A DNA stretch of 64,000 nt from a virus. Positions 19,045 through 28,601 of this stretch are shown one piece after another. The stretch spans positions 25,549 through 89,548 of IMG/VR virus record IMGVR_UViG_3300032315_001572; one strand, given 5' to 3'. A program made the translations under genes and the position numbers. The notes below the pieces were generated by a model. The model did not search any database, was not told the origin of the DNA, and saw only the letters and a list, made by a program, of their open reading frames with translations. Position 1 is the stretch's first letter; each line of letters begins with the position of its first letter.

Positions 19045-20460
19045 ATGAAAGTAAAAAATTTAAATTTAACTTTGGAGTGGCAAACTATCAGAAATATTCC
19101 TGATTTTTTAAAAATTGATACGCACTTTCCAACTTATAATGTAAAAGTAAAAAATGAAAATGATTATCTTATTCATCAAAATTTAAATTTAAATAATCAT
19201 GAATTTATTATGGAGTCTAATCTTCAATATGAAGATTTTATGCTTAAACCAAAGCTTAGTGTAGAGATTTCTAAAAATAAAACTAAAAATATTTTTAAAT
19301 ATAATTTTGAAAATAATTATTTAAAATATAAAGAATTAAATAATAAATTAGGTTTTTTTAAAAAAATAAAATTTGAAGTAGATTACAATAATGATGGTAA
19401 AGGCGATTTTGAGCTAAAGGCTGAATATGCTGAAATTGAAAATTTGAATAAAAGTATTTTATTTAATAAAATTTACCGCAGTAGCGATTATATTAGCGTG
19501 AAATTACTTTTAGATAAAGAATATTTTAAACAACAAGAAATACATTCTTTACTTGTATTAAGTGAAGTTTCTAATAAGTTAGTTAAAAATAAAAAATTAA
19601 CGAATCTATTCACCGAAAGAGTAGAAGAAAAATGGCTTGATGTTAATGATTCAACTGCATTACTAACAATACCTTTTATTGAAAGTGATATTGTTGAGAT
19701 ATCTGAAAATTTAAATATTAAAATTATTCCACTTAATTACCTTCAATCAGAATTATATAACTTTTTAAGACCAAGAGAATCTCAGGAAGATATTAATAAT
19801 TTATATGAAGAGTATTTTCCTAATCAAACATTTAATATTGGCAAAATATATAAACAATCTGTAAATAACGAAACCTTGGCGTTTTATCAAAATTATTTAT
19901 ATTTATTCAATAATCAAAGCTTAAATTCAAACAGTTTAACTTCAGATTTATCAATTAATGATATGGTATTTAATAGCTATTTTCCATTATTAAACAAAGA
20001 TCAAATCAATAAAACTATATGTTTATCTAATGATTTAAATACAGACGATGTACTTGACAATAATTATAACTTACAAAAGGGATATTTAGGCTTTTATAGC
20101 AAAGACTTAGCCTCCTACGAAGACGTAGCTATTGACTTAGATTACCTTCAAAATCAAGGAGTACTTCAAGCCAAAATCATTGAAATCGAAGAAAATAGCG
20201 ATACTTGCAATATTTATATCGAATTTATAACCACTTTTTATAATAATGAGAAGTTCTATATAGAAACAAGTAATAATTTAAAATATAGTGAAAAATATAA
20301 AACAAATATTGATGGAAAAGATTATATTACATTATTATTCAAATATTCTTATGATTTAGCAAATTTAAATGAATATTTAAATGAAAATCCTTCTATAAAT
20401 AAATCTCAAATTATATCAGATAAAGATTTAATCAACTTTTCGGCAAAATTAATATTATAA
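19045..20460 (+). CDS. Hypothetical Asn/Lys-rich protein downstream of gpJ
   Basis: 471-aa ORF starting 3 nt after the gpJ stop. Confidence 0.65.
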   Translation: MKVKNLNLTLEWQTIRNIPDFLKIDTHFPTYNVKVKNENDYLIHQNLNLNNHEFIMESNLQYEDFMLKPKLSVEISKNKTKNIFKYNFENNYLKYKELNNKLGFFKKIKFEVDYNNDGKGDFELKAEYAEIENLNKSILFNKIYRSSDYISVKLLLDKEYFKQQEIHSLLVLSEVSNKLVKNKKLTNLFTERVEEKWLDVNDSTALLTIPFIESDIVEISENLNIKIIPLNYLQSELYNFLRPRESQEDINNLYEEYFPNQTFNIGKIYKQSVNNETLAFYQNYLYLFNNQSLNSNSLTSDLSINDMVFNSYFPLLNKDQINKTICLSNDLNTDDVLDNNYNLQKGYLGFYSKDLASYEDVAIDLDYLQNQGVLQAKIIEIEENSDTCNIYIEFITTFYNNEKFYIETSNNLKYSEKYKTNIDGKDYITLLFKYSYDLANLNEYLNENPSINKSQIISDKDLINFSAKLIL

Positions 20461-20461
20461 A

Positions 20462-23400
20462 TTATCTTTTTACTTGTCTATAAACCGCTGAACTCAATAA
20501 TCCGCCAGGTCTTTGTTGCTCTGTTATCACCCTCATTACTTGAGTTTTTACTTTTTCAGCAAGCTCTTTGGTTTCTTCTGCGTCTTTTTGCTGTTTGTCG
20601 GCTTGACTAGTTTCAGTATTTTCGCTTGTAGCTCCTTGTTGATTTAAATTAACTACAACACTTACATTGTTTGTTGGAGAATAATTATTAGAATTTGTTT
20701 CACTAACGTTGCCAACTGCTCCTCCATCTGCAAATTTTTTAGCTCTTCCAGAATTAAGATCATCAAAGAATTTTTTGCCATACATATTAACTGCTTCTTT
20801 TCTCATTACGAATTCGCCACCCATAAGCATCGCTGGGATATCATCTTTGCTGCTTCCACCAGAAGCAAATTTTCTAACTTCTCCACCTTTAGCTAAAAAT
20901 CCTAATCCAGCAGCTCCAACCCCCAAAAGAGCTTGATAATATGCACCTCTACTTTTTGCATTTTTTTGTTGATTATATTGATCTTGAATTTCTTGATTCA
21001 TTCTAATGTTGTCTTGCAGTGCTTGTCTATTTGATTCGTTGACTCCAGCTACGTAATTTAAATAATCATATAATGCCATTTCTCTTTCTTGCCTTATTCT
21101 ATTTTGGGGATTATTTTGATCAATAATAGCCTGTAAACCAAGTCTTGGATCGATAATATTCTCTCCAGCAGTTGGATAAAGCGGGTCATTATATCTGTAA
21201 ATATTTGTTCCTAAAAATTCAGATTCTCCACCATATGCAAGTCCGTTAATTCTACCACCATTTATCATATGCAACAAACCAGAACCATATTTATCAACAG
21301 CACTTTTTCTAATGACGTATTCTCCTCTGCTCAACATAGCTGGAACATCATCCTTATTCCCTGATCCACCAACTACATTACCACCAGTAGAATAACCTTT
21401 AATTAATCCGCCTTTTGATTTACCAAATAAACTTCCAAATAATCCTCCACCACCTCCTCCAAATATATTACTTGTACTACCAAAAAGTTTTCCAAAAATT
21501 AAATTAGTACTAAACTCAAGAGCTAATTGTTGTATTCTGTCGCTAATATTAAGCGCCATTCTTGTAAAGGCATCGCTAGCAGTAGCTGTTCCATTAGCAA
21601 AAGATAAGAAAGCATTATTAAATTCGCTTTTTATTGTTCGTGCTGTGTCTGCTGCTCCAAGTTGAGCATCTCTAAACGAATCTTCGGCACGATTATCAAA
21701 TTGATCAAAAAATGCTGAACCAATATCTCCAATACTTTTTCTTCCACCTAATATTTGTTTTTCTCTCGCGGCTTGTTGATCTGCTCTATATTGATCCGCA
21801 AAAACTAATCCCCTATCTCTTTGACTTCTACTTGTTAAACGTTCTTGTGCGCCTTCTAAGCCCATGCTAAATTTATCTAAATCTCCATCAGATTGAACAA
21901 GAGCCTCATTTACTTGAGTGATATATTTCGCTTCAACTTTTCTTCTTTCTGTTTCGTTTAATATTTGTTTTCTAAGACCTTCTTGAAGATCTAAAACTTT
22001 TGCAGTTGCAATTCTATTTGCATTTAGATCTAAATTTAAATCTAATACTGTTGAGCTATATTTTTGCAATGACTCTGGACTTAAATTATCTTGAAATTTT
22101 TTCAATGCTTCTGAGCTTGATGAAACATCTCCTGCCAATCCAGCTCTTCTTAAGAAATCTTCTTTTTGATATCTAGCTATACTTTTTATTGCATTACTTA
22201 AGCTTTTTGTATCTATACCTAATTCTTTTAATTTTTTGCTTAATTCAGTTGAGCCTTGATCAAGATCATCAAAAGAAAGTTTTTCTAATTCAGTTAAAGT
22301 CTTACTTACGGTTTCTTTATCTACTCCAGCTTTAAATAGTAGTCTTGTAATAGGCTCTAAAATTGCAACTGTTTCTTTTATTAAATTTTGTTCTTCTGGT
22401 GGAATAATCGATCCTTGAGCGCCAGTAACAGTTGGAGCAAAAATTTGATCTTCTGACATACCTCCAACACTTAATCCTGCTCCTATAACAGGTGTACCTT
22501 GACCATATTTTGCATTTCTGGCTTGAAGATTTGCTATTACGCTTCCTAATTCTTGAGTAAATTCATCTCGTAATTTAGGATTGCTAAGAACTTCTCCTCG
22601 AACAGATGTTCCTCTTGTAGTTCTAAAATTTAAAATTGCATCTGTAAATTTTTGTAATTCATTTCCTTTTAAAGATTTGTCTGAAGTAATTTGCATTATA
22701 CTTGCTAAATTGTCTGCATTTATAGCTGAAGTTTGTAATGCGATTTGAATTTGACCTAAAGTTTGAGTTATATTTTCAAAATTTCCACTTGAAACCGCAT
22801 CTCTTAAAGATTTTTGTAATGTAGATGGAGTATTAGTTAATATTGTAGCTAAATTTTCATTACTATCAGATAGTATTTTTTGTTTCTCTTCAGTACTTAA
22901 AGTTTGATCTGTTAATTTTTCTAAAACTTGATTATAAGATTGTACTGCAGATGAAAATGTTTCTAATTTATCTTTATTACTTTCTGAAACAGATATAGCA
23001 TCTTTTGTTGTTTGATCTAAGCTGTTTAATGAATTAACTAAACTTAACAAAATTCCAGTTAGAAGTGCTCCACCCGCGGCTTTTTTTCCTCCTCCAGCTA
23101 ATAAAGTTGTTCCAGCAAAACTTGCTCCTTGAATCGCGGCTCCAACTCCTGCGCTTGTTTTTTGATCTGTTATACTTTCTTGAATTTTTGAACCTAATCT
23201 ATCTATTGCAATAAATAATGCCGCACTTAAAACTTGTCTAATAATAAACGCAGTACCTGCGCTCGCTGCCAATCCACCTGCTGCCTGTAAAAAAAAGTTT
23301 GGAACAAAACCTTTTGATGCTCCAGCAGTTTTCGCTTTATTAGAACCATATCTTGCTACGCCTTGACCTAATCCCATTGGTTCATCTTTTGTATTGTAAA

Positions 23401-26170
23401 CACCAAGACCAAGTGGATTCGCACCAGAAGTTAATCTAGAATCTTTACCTACTCTTATTCTTGACATTGGAGTTCCAGCACCAGCCTCTCTTCTAATTGC
23501 ATCATTTAATGCTGTGAAATTAGGAATAAATCCTCCAGAAGCTTTTTTACCTTTGGTTGTACTAAACGCTCCAAATTGTCTCATCCCAACTTCTTTATAA
23601 ATTTTATTCGCAAAACTTTGTAAATTATCAGTAGATAGACTACCTTTAAAATCTCCAAGAACAGTACTGAAACCAAATAATTTTTGTAAATTTCTTAAAT
23701 TCTTACCACCTCTGACATCAAAATCTCCAAATCCTTTTTGTGAATCTAATGCTGTATAATTTAATGCTGTTTTTACTCCAATTTCAAAAGCAGAACCGAC
23801 TGCTCCTCTTACTGCACCATATGCGCCTTTTTCTCCAGAACTAGAAAATGCACTAGCTAGTGTTCCTTTATTTACAGTTCTGCCTAAAGGTTTTAAAGTA
23901 TCAATAAAACCAGATGTATTATCTAAAATACTATTAGTTATATTTGTAAATAATCTTCTTTTATCATCAGCTAAATCTCCTTCTAAAGCAGATTTTTTCA
24001 TTCCATAAACTGGCACGTTTGTAATTGCAAATTCTGAAGATTTACCTTTTGGAGAAAATGGTCCAGCTAGTTTTCTTGAAGATCCAATAAATGGCAATAA
24101 TACGCTAGCTATATTACTAACATCCAGTGGAGTTGGTTTATTTAATGCAGCCTTACTTTTTCTTTGAGCAGTCTTTACATCAGATCTAACATAACCTGCT
24201 TTTGCTGCATCTTCTGGAGTTATAGCTTTTGTTTTAATCGCATAAGGAATTTGAGAAGCAGAAAATCTTTTATTATTTATAATATAATCTGCAAAATTAG
24301 GTATAAATCCATTACTTGCATATGGATTAAACCCATATACTGAATTAAATTGACTTTGATAATTTTTTCCAGCATCACTTTGCATTGGAGGCATAATCGC
24401 TGGCTGACTCATTCCAGGAAATTTTTTAACTTTTTCTGCCGAATTATAAGTTACAGAACCTTCTCCAGGGATATTCATTTTACGAACATATCCAGGATTA
24501 TATCCACCAGCTAGTGCTCCTAAAATTTCTGAACTAGCAAAATTAGGAATAAATCCTCCGCTCTTTGCTTTTAATGTACCGCCTTTAGCAGAAACTCCTC
24601 TACCAATTAATCCACCAGTTAATGTAGATGACAATGCAGCAGCTCTTTCTCTTTCTGCTGTTTGTTGTCTAATTATATTTAATATTTTAGTTTCTACATC
24701 TAAAACACTTACTTCTTTATTGTAAACAGATTGAACAAGCGCGGTTTCTTGAGATAGTACTTGATTTATTTTAGCTTGAATTAGTGCTCTTTCTTCAGCT
24801 TTTACATTTAAATTTAAAATTGTTTGTAAAGATTGAGCTGCAAATTTTCCTAAATTAAAAACTAATTTAGTAATAACAGCAGTCAATAAAATAACTCCAG
24901 GACCGCTTATAAAACTTCCAATTCCTTCTAATATACCTTTTCCTATTTTATTTCCTATTCCTTGTCCATCGACATCAATGCTTTCTAATCCTTTATTTAA
25001 TAGATTTAGTAAATTTTCTATTGTAGGTCCAAAAGATATTTTCCCAATATCAGATCCTACTTTAGTTAAGTTAACAAAAGTCTTATTAATTAATGAAGAT
25101 AATGTTTGATTTAAAGCTTCATTTCTTGTTATAGCTTCATTAGTTGCATTAGATGCAGTTTTTAATGCATTACCATATGTAGAATATTCTTTTCCTAGAT
25201 CTGATAAGGCTGCTTTTAAAATATTAATTTGGAATACGCCACCAACAGTTTCTGCAACTTGAGCTCTTTGTGCGTCGCCCAATTTACTAAAAGTATTAGA
25301 AAGATTAGATAATATTTGAACCGCTGGTAATGTATCACCTTCTAGATTCCTTACTTGAATACCTAATTGCTCTAATTGGTCAAGAGTATCTGTTCTTTGT
25401 ATTCTTGTAAAAATAGTCTTTAAAGAGTTACCAATTACTGCTCCACCTCTAGCTGTAGTTTGTTGAACACTTGTAACGATTGCTAATAATTCATCAAAAT
25501 CAACTCCTGCATCAACTGCAGATGATCCTACTCGTTTAATAGCTTCCGCAAGATCAGCACTACTTACTGCGAATGCAGCATCAACATTTGCTAATTTATT
25601 AATAATAGTAGTTGAATCTAGTGCTGCGCTACTAAAGCTATTAATTGTAGCTGTTAAAGCTTCTACTGCGCTTACTGTGTCAAGTCCGCTAAGACGAGTT
25701 AAAATAAGAGCATCCCTTGTTCTTTTTAATGTTTCTTCTAAACCTAAACCTTGACGAGAAAGTTCTGTAGCAGCCTGAGCAACAACATCAAAAGTTTGAC
25801 CTGTATTTTTAGCAATATCGAATAAACTATTGCCAAATTGATTTAATGTATTAGTGCTAACATTTAATATAACATTAATATCTGTTAAAGATTTTTGAAC
25901 ATCTATTGTGCTTTTAACTAAAGAAGTAAAAGCTTTTTCTACAGTATATATTAAACCTGCACTTGCACCGAATGCAATAACACGAGCATTTGACGCATCT
26001 AAGGATTTTTGAAATTCATTTGCGGCACCAGTAATACGTCCAAGTGGCTGAGTAAAGGCTTTTTCATTTAATCCTTTGAATTTAAAATCACGCGCCAAGG
26101 CGCTCTGAATATCTCTTTCGAGTTGCCTTGTATCCGCCCCTACTGAAATTGAAGCTGAAGTCCTAGCCAT
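20462..26170 (-). CDS. Tail tape measure protein (TP901-like core) with internal motif-bracketed segments
   Basis: 1902 aa; ELSRQG, VDAAFAVSSADLAEAI and GAVIGNSLKTIFTRI; two DD(V/I)PAML..GE(Y/F)V motifs; follows tail tube and chaperones. Confidence 0.92.
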   Translation of the reverse strand: MARTSASISVGADTRQLERDIQSALARDFKFKGLNEKAFTQPLGRITGAANEFQKSLDASNARVIAFGASAGLIYTVEKAFTSLVKSTIDVQKSLTDINVILNVSTNTLNQFGNSLFDIAKNTGQTFDVVAQAATELSRQGLGLEETLKRTRDALILTRLSGLDTVSAVEALTATINSFSSAALDSTTIINKLANVDAAFAVSSADLAEAIKRVGSSAVDAGVDFDELLAIVTSVQQTTARGGAVIGNSLKTIFTRIQRTDTLDQLEQLGIQVRNLEGDTLPAVQILSNLSNTFSKLGDAQRAQVAETVGGVFQINILKAALSDLGKEYSTYGNALKTASNATNEAITRNEALNQTLSSLINKTFVNLTKVGSDIGKISFGPTIENLLNLLNKGLESIDVDGQGIGNKIGKGILEGIGSFISGPGVILLTAVITKLVFNLGKFAAQSLQTILNLNVKAEERALIQAKINQVLSQETALVQSVYNKEVSVLDVETKILNIIRQQTAERERAAALSSTLTGGLIGRGVSAKGGTLKAKSGGFIPNFASSEILGALAGGYNPGYVRKMNIPGEGSVTYNSAEKVKKFPGMSQPAIMPPMQSDAGKNYQSQFNSVYGFNPYASNGFIPNFADYIINNKRFSASQIPYAIKTKAITPEDAAKAGYVRSDVKTAQRKSKAALNKPTPLDVSNIASVLLPFIGSSRKLAGPFSPKGKSSEFAITNVPVYGMKKSALEGDLADDKRRLFTNITNSILDNTSGFIDTLKPLGRTVNKGTLASAFSSSGEKGAYGAVRGAVGSAFEIGVKTALNYTALDSQKGFGDFDVRGGKNLRNLQKLFGFSTVLGDFKGSLSTDNLQSFANKIYKEVGMRQFGAFSTTKGKKASGGFIPNFTALNDAIRREAGAGTPMSRIRVGKDSRLTSGANPLGLGVYNTKDEPMGLGQGVARYGSNKAKTAGASKGFVPNFFLQAAGGLAASAGTAFIIRQVLSAALFIAIDRLGSKIQESITDQKTSAGVGAAIQGASFAGTTLLAGGGKKAAGGALLTGILLSLVNSLNSLDQTTKDAISVSESNKDKLETFSSAVQSYNQVLEKLTDQTLSTEEKQKILSDSNENLATILTNTPSTLQKSLRDAVSSGNFENITQTLGQIQIALQTSAINADNLASIMQITSDKSLKGNELQKFTDAILNFRTTRGTSVRGEVLSNPKLRDEFTQELGSVIANLQARNAKYGQGTPVIGAGLSVGGMSEDQIFAPTVTGAQGSIIPPEEQNLIKETVAILEPITRLLFKAGVDKETVSKTLTELEKLSFDDLDQGSTELSKKLKELGIDTKSLSNAIKSIARYQKEDFLRRAGLAGDVSSSSEALKKFQDNLSPESLQKYSSTVLDLNLDLNANRIATAKVLDLQEGLRKQILNETERRKVEAKYITQVNEALVQSDGDLDKFSMGLEGAQERLTSRSQRDRGLVFADQYRADQQAAREKQILGGRKSIGDIGSAFFDQFDNRAEDSFRDAQLGAADTARTIKSEFNNAFLSFANGTATASDAFTRMALNISDRIQQLALEFSTNLIFGKLFGSTSNIFGGGGGGLFGSLFGKSKGGLIKGYSTGGNVVGGSGNKDDVPAMLSRGEYVIRKSAVDKYGSGLLHMINGGRINGLAYGGESEFLGTNIYRYNDPLYPTAGENIIDPRLGLQAIIDQNNPQNRIRQEREMALYDYLNYVAGVNESNRQALQDNIRMNQEIQDQYNQQKNAKSRGAYYQALLGVGAAGLGFLAKGGEVRKFASGGSSKDDIPAMLMGGEFVMRKEAVNMYGKKFFDDLNSGRAKKFADGGAVGNVSETNSNNYSPTNNVSVVVNLNQQGATSENTETSQADKQQKDAEETKELAEKVKTQVMRVITEQQRPGGLLSSAVYRQVKR

Positions 26171-26193
26171 GCCTTATTCCTTTACTATAAGGA

Positions 26194-26200
26194 ATTACAC
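26194..26200 (-). promoter_or_regulatory. GTGTAAT motif 23 nt before the tape-measure ATG, with an SD in the leader
   Basis: Recurrent motif. Confidence 0.7.
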
Positions 26201-26231
26201 GAAATATTATTAATTATGATAGTATTCGCTA

Positions 26232-27242
26232 TTAAGCTCCATGCATTTTTATTAAATCTTCCATGCTCAAAGTTCCACCCTTTTTCTGAGCTTCTTTATG
26301 TAAACTTATGCCATTTTCATCTTTACCTATTTTCGCTAGATCTTCTTTATTAGCGCCAACTATAGAGGTAGCAATTGCACCCTCTGTTTTCTTTTGATTA
26401 TTTTCATTTTTATTTAAGACTTCCTCTGCATTTTTACTGCTTTCTAACCATTCTATGAGCTTATCTGGATCTTCGTAGTATTCATCTGATGGTCTATGCT
26501 TTGCTTCAGATAATGCATTTTTAAAATATCTAGCGTAACCAAATATTTCCATTTGATAGAAAGTTAAATAAACTATAGGTTTTCCATACATATAATACGG
26601 ACTATCATCTGATAGATTAAACAAACCAAGATAATATGGCGATAATGCTATTTTTTTAAGATTATTTTCAGCAAAATTTTTATTAATATTATTATATATT
26701 TCTAAAATTTCAGATAAATCTCTATTTTCTAATTCATCAAATTCCTCTTCAGAGAAGTATTTATATTTTAAATCCTTGTCTTTAAATAAACAATTAAACA
26801 TGTAATATTCATTTATTTTCTTATTAGCATAATCTTCGACAGTAAAACCTAATAATTCTTTTCTTTCTGATGTTAATGTAAATAATTTTATATTTTCTTC
26901 ATTAATTTGCTTATTCATCTGAGCAATGTCATCGTTTTTAAATAACTTAGACTTGGTTTGTTTTAAGCCAGAAATATAAGATTTTATCTTCTTTATCTCT
27001 TCGTTTTTTTTAATTGACCAGAGATTTTCTTTTATAATATATTCTTCTTTTTGCTGTTCTGTTGGAAGCCCATTTTTCTTGGCTTTTTCTATAAATTCTT
27101 GCTTAATATGATCAATATCACCAGAATCAATACTAGTGTTATGTTTAAAATATAACTTATTATTTTTATAATAAGCTATTGTATACCCTTTTAATATATC
27201 AACAAAAAGAATCCTAAGCTTATTTTTGTCTATTGTGTCCAA
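26232..27242 (-). CDS. Probable tail assembly chaperone 2 (TTG start)
   Basis: Directly precedes the tape measure; AAGGA SD 7 nt before the TTG. Confidence 0.55.
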   Translation of the reverse strand: MDTIDKNKLRILFVDILKGYTIAYYKNNKLYFKHNTSIDSGDIDHIKQEFIEKAKKNGLPTEQQKEEYIIKENLWSIKKNEEIKKIKSYISGLKQTKSKLFKNDDIAQMNKQINEENIKLFTLTSERKELLGFTVEDYANKKINEYYMFNCLFKDKDLKYKYFSEEEFDELENRDLSEILEIYNNINKNFAENNLKKIALSPYYLGLFNLSDDSPYYMYGKPIVYLTFYQMEIFGYARYFKNALSEAKHRPSDEYYEDPDKLIEWLESSKNAEEVLNKNENNQKKTEGAIATSIVGANKEDLAKIGKDENGISLHKEAQKKGGTLSMEDLIKMHGA

Positions 27243-27245
27243 TCA

Positions 27246-28004
27246 TTATTCCTTAGTTTTTTCTTCTTTTTGAACCATTCCAAGAAGTTTTTCGAATTCA
27301 TCTTGAGAAGCTGCTCTACCAATATACCAAAAACTAATTAAATAAAGAAGTTTTTGTATAGCAATTTTTTCTATTCCAGACTCAGATTCTTCAATTTCAT
27401 CGTATCTTTTAAGTTTATCTTCGTAAGTTCCATCTTGAAACAGTTCTTTGAATTTTTTATCATCACCTTGGATAAGGCTCAATTGAAGAACCCACCACAT
27501 GATAGTTTTATTTCTTGCTCTATTTTCTGCGGTTTGCTCAAAAAGATTAGCTTGAGCCATCTCATATTTTTGCAATCTTTCTCTAGCATCATTCATTTTT
27601 GCAATAACAGTTTTAAGATTTTCTTTCTCTTCGTCACTGCGAATAGACTCTTCTTTTATAGATAATTTTTGAAATTCACTTTGAAGATTAAAAAAATCAA
27701 TATAAAGTTCATTATATTCTTTTTGCTCTTCATCACTTAGAACTCCACCATCATTATTAAATCTTTTAGCAAGTAGTGCGCGAGTTAATAGTCCAGCCTT
27801 AATACCCTCTGAAAGTCTAACTCCATAAAACAATTCAGCCTCATCAAATAAACTTCTTGTTGGTTTTTTAATACCTAATTTAACTGGCACAGTAGTTTTA
27901 ATTTTAGAAGTTACCTTTACTTCTTCGCCTTTTTCATTAATAGAAACATCTACTTTTTCTATTTCTTTTTCTTGATAAATATCAAATTCGAACATTGTTT
28001 TCAT
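27246..28004 (-). CDS. Probable tail assembly chaperone 1
   Basis: Helical acidic protein between tail tube and tape measure. Confidence 0.55.
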   Translation of the reverse strand: MKTMFEFDIYQEKEIEKVDVSINEKGEEVKVTSKIKTTVPVKLGIKKPTRSLFDEAELFYGVRLSEGIKAGLLTRALLAKRFNNDGGVLSDEEQKEYNELYIDFFNLQSEFQKLSIKEESIRSDEEKENLKTVIAKMNDARERLQKYEMAQANLFEQTAENRARNKTIMWWVLQLSLIQGDDKKFKELFQDGTYEDKLKRYDEIEESESGIEKIAIQKLLYLISFWYIGRAASQDEFEKLLGMVQKEEKTKE

Positions 28005-28276
28005 ATTTTTTCTCCATTATTATTAATTAAATCTTGTAAATAGCTTTTAATTTTACCGTAGTAAACTACTCCACCAATTGTTTTAATAAACTGATGTTTC
28101 TTATTGTCATCCCAGTTTTGATAATTTTTAATAAAATTGGGATTTTTAAATGTTGTTAAGCTTGGCTTTAAGATTCCAAAATTATCTTTTAAGCTTTTTT
28201 GTATGCTCTGTACAGAAAGATTTCCTTCGATTATCTCATCTATAGGAAAATTATAATTTAATTTCTTGGTTTTCAT
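28001..28276 (-). CDS. Hypothetical protein
   Basis: 91 aa; ATGA-type overlaps with both neighbours. Confidence 0.6.
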   Translation of the reverse strand: MKTKKLNYNFPIDEIIEGNLSVQSIQKSLKDNFGILKPSLTTFKNPNFIKNYQNWDDNKKHQFIKTIGGVVYYGKIKSYLQDLINNNGEKI

Positions 28277-28497
28277 TTGAGCGTTATGTTGATTTTACTA
28301 AAATTTTCTTCTATCTCTCTTACTGCATCATTGGCATTATCAAGGATTCTTTTGCGTATTTTTTGATAAGTTTCATCATTTATATTATAACCAGAATCAC
28401 CCAAATCTTCAAGAATAAAAAAGAAATTCTTATATATACTTGTAATTTTTCTCTTTATCTGAAAAAGAGTCATGTCTTTTATAGGATCGTTTTCCAT
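28273..28497 (-). CDS. Hypothetical protein
   Basis: 74 aa; first gene after GTGTAAT at 28541-28535. Confidence 0.6.
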   Translation of the reverse strand: MENDPIKDMTLFQIKRKITSIYKNFFFILEDLGDSGYNINDETYQKIRKRILDNANDAVREIEENFSKINITLK

Positions 28498-28534
28498 AAT
28501 CTTTTACCTTTATCTAACCCTTACCTTAACTTGA

Positions 28535-28541
28535 ATTACAC
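28535..28541 (-). promoter_or_regulatory. GTGTAAT motif directly after a terminator
   Basis: Recurrent motif; 37-nt leader. Confidence 0.65.
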
Positions 28542-28577
28542 AAAAAATAACCCCCACGAGAACGTGAGGGTTATTTT
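28542..28577 (-). terminator. Intrinsic terminator after the major tail tube gene
   Basis: AAAATAACCCTCACG-TTCT-CGTGGGGGTTATTTTTT on the - strand. Confidence 0.85.
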
Positions 28578-28601
28578 ATAACTTAATTTATGTATTATTT
28601 A

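Noticed and set aside
26232-28004. Programmed frameshift between the tail chaperone genes (lambda G/GT type)
   Set aside because: Both ORFs are in the same frame, separated by TAA TGA, and the second has its own SD and TTG; a frameshift would not fuse them
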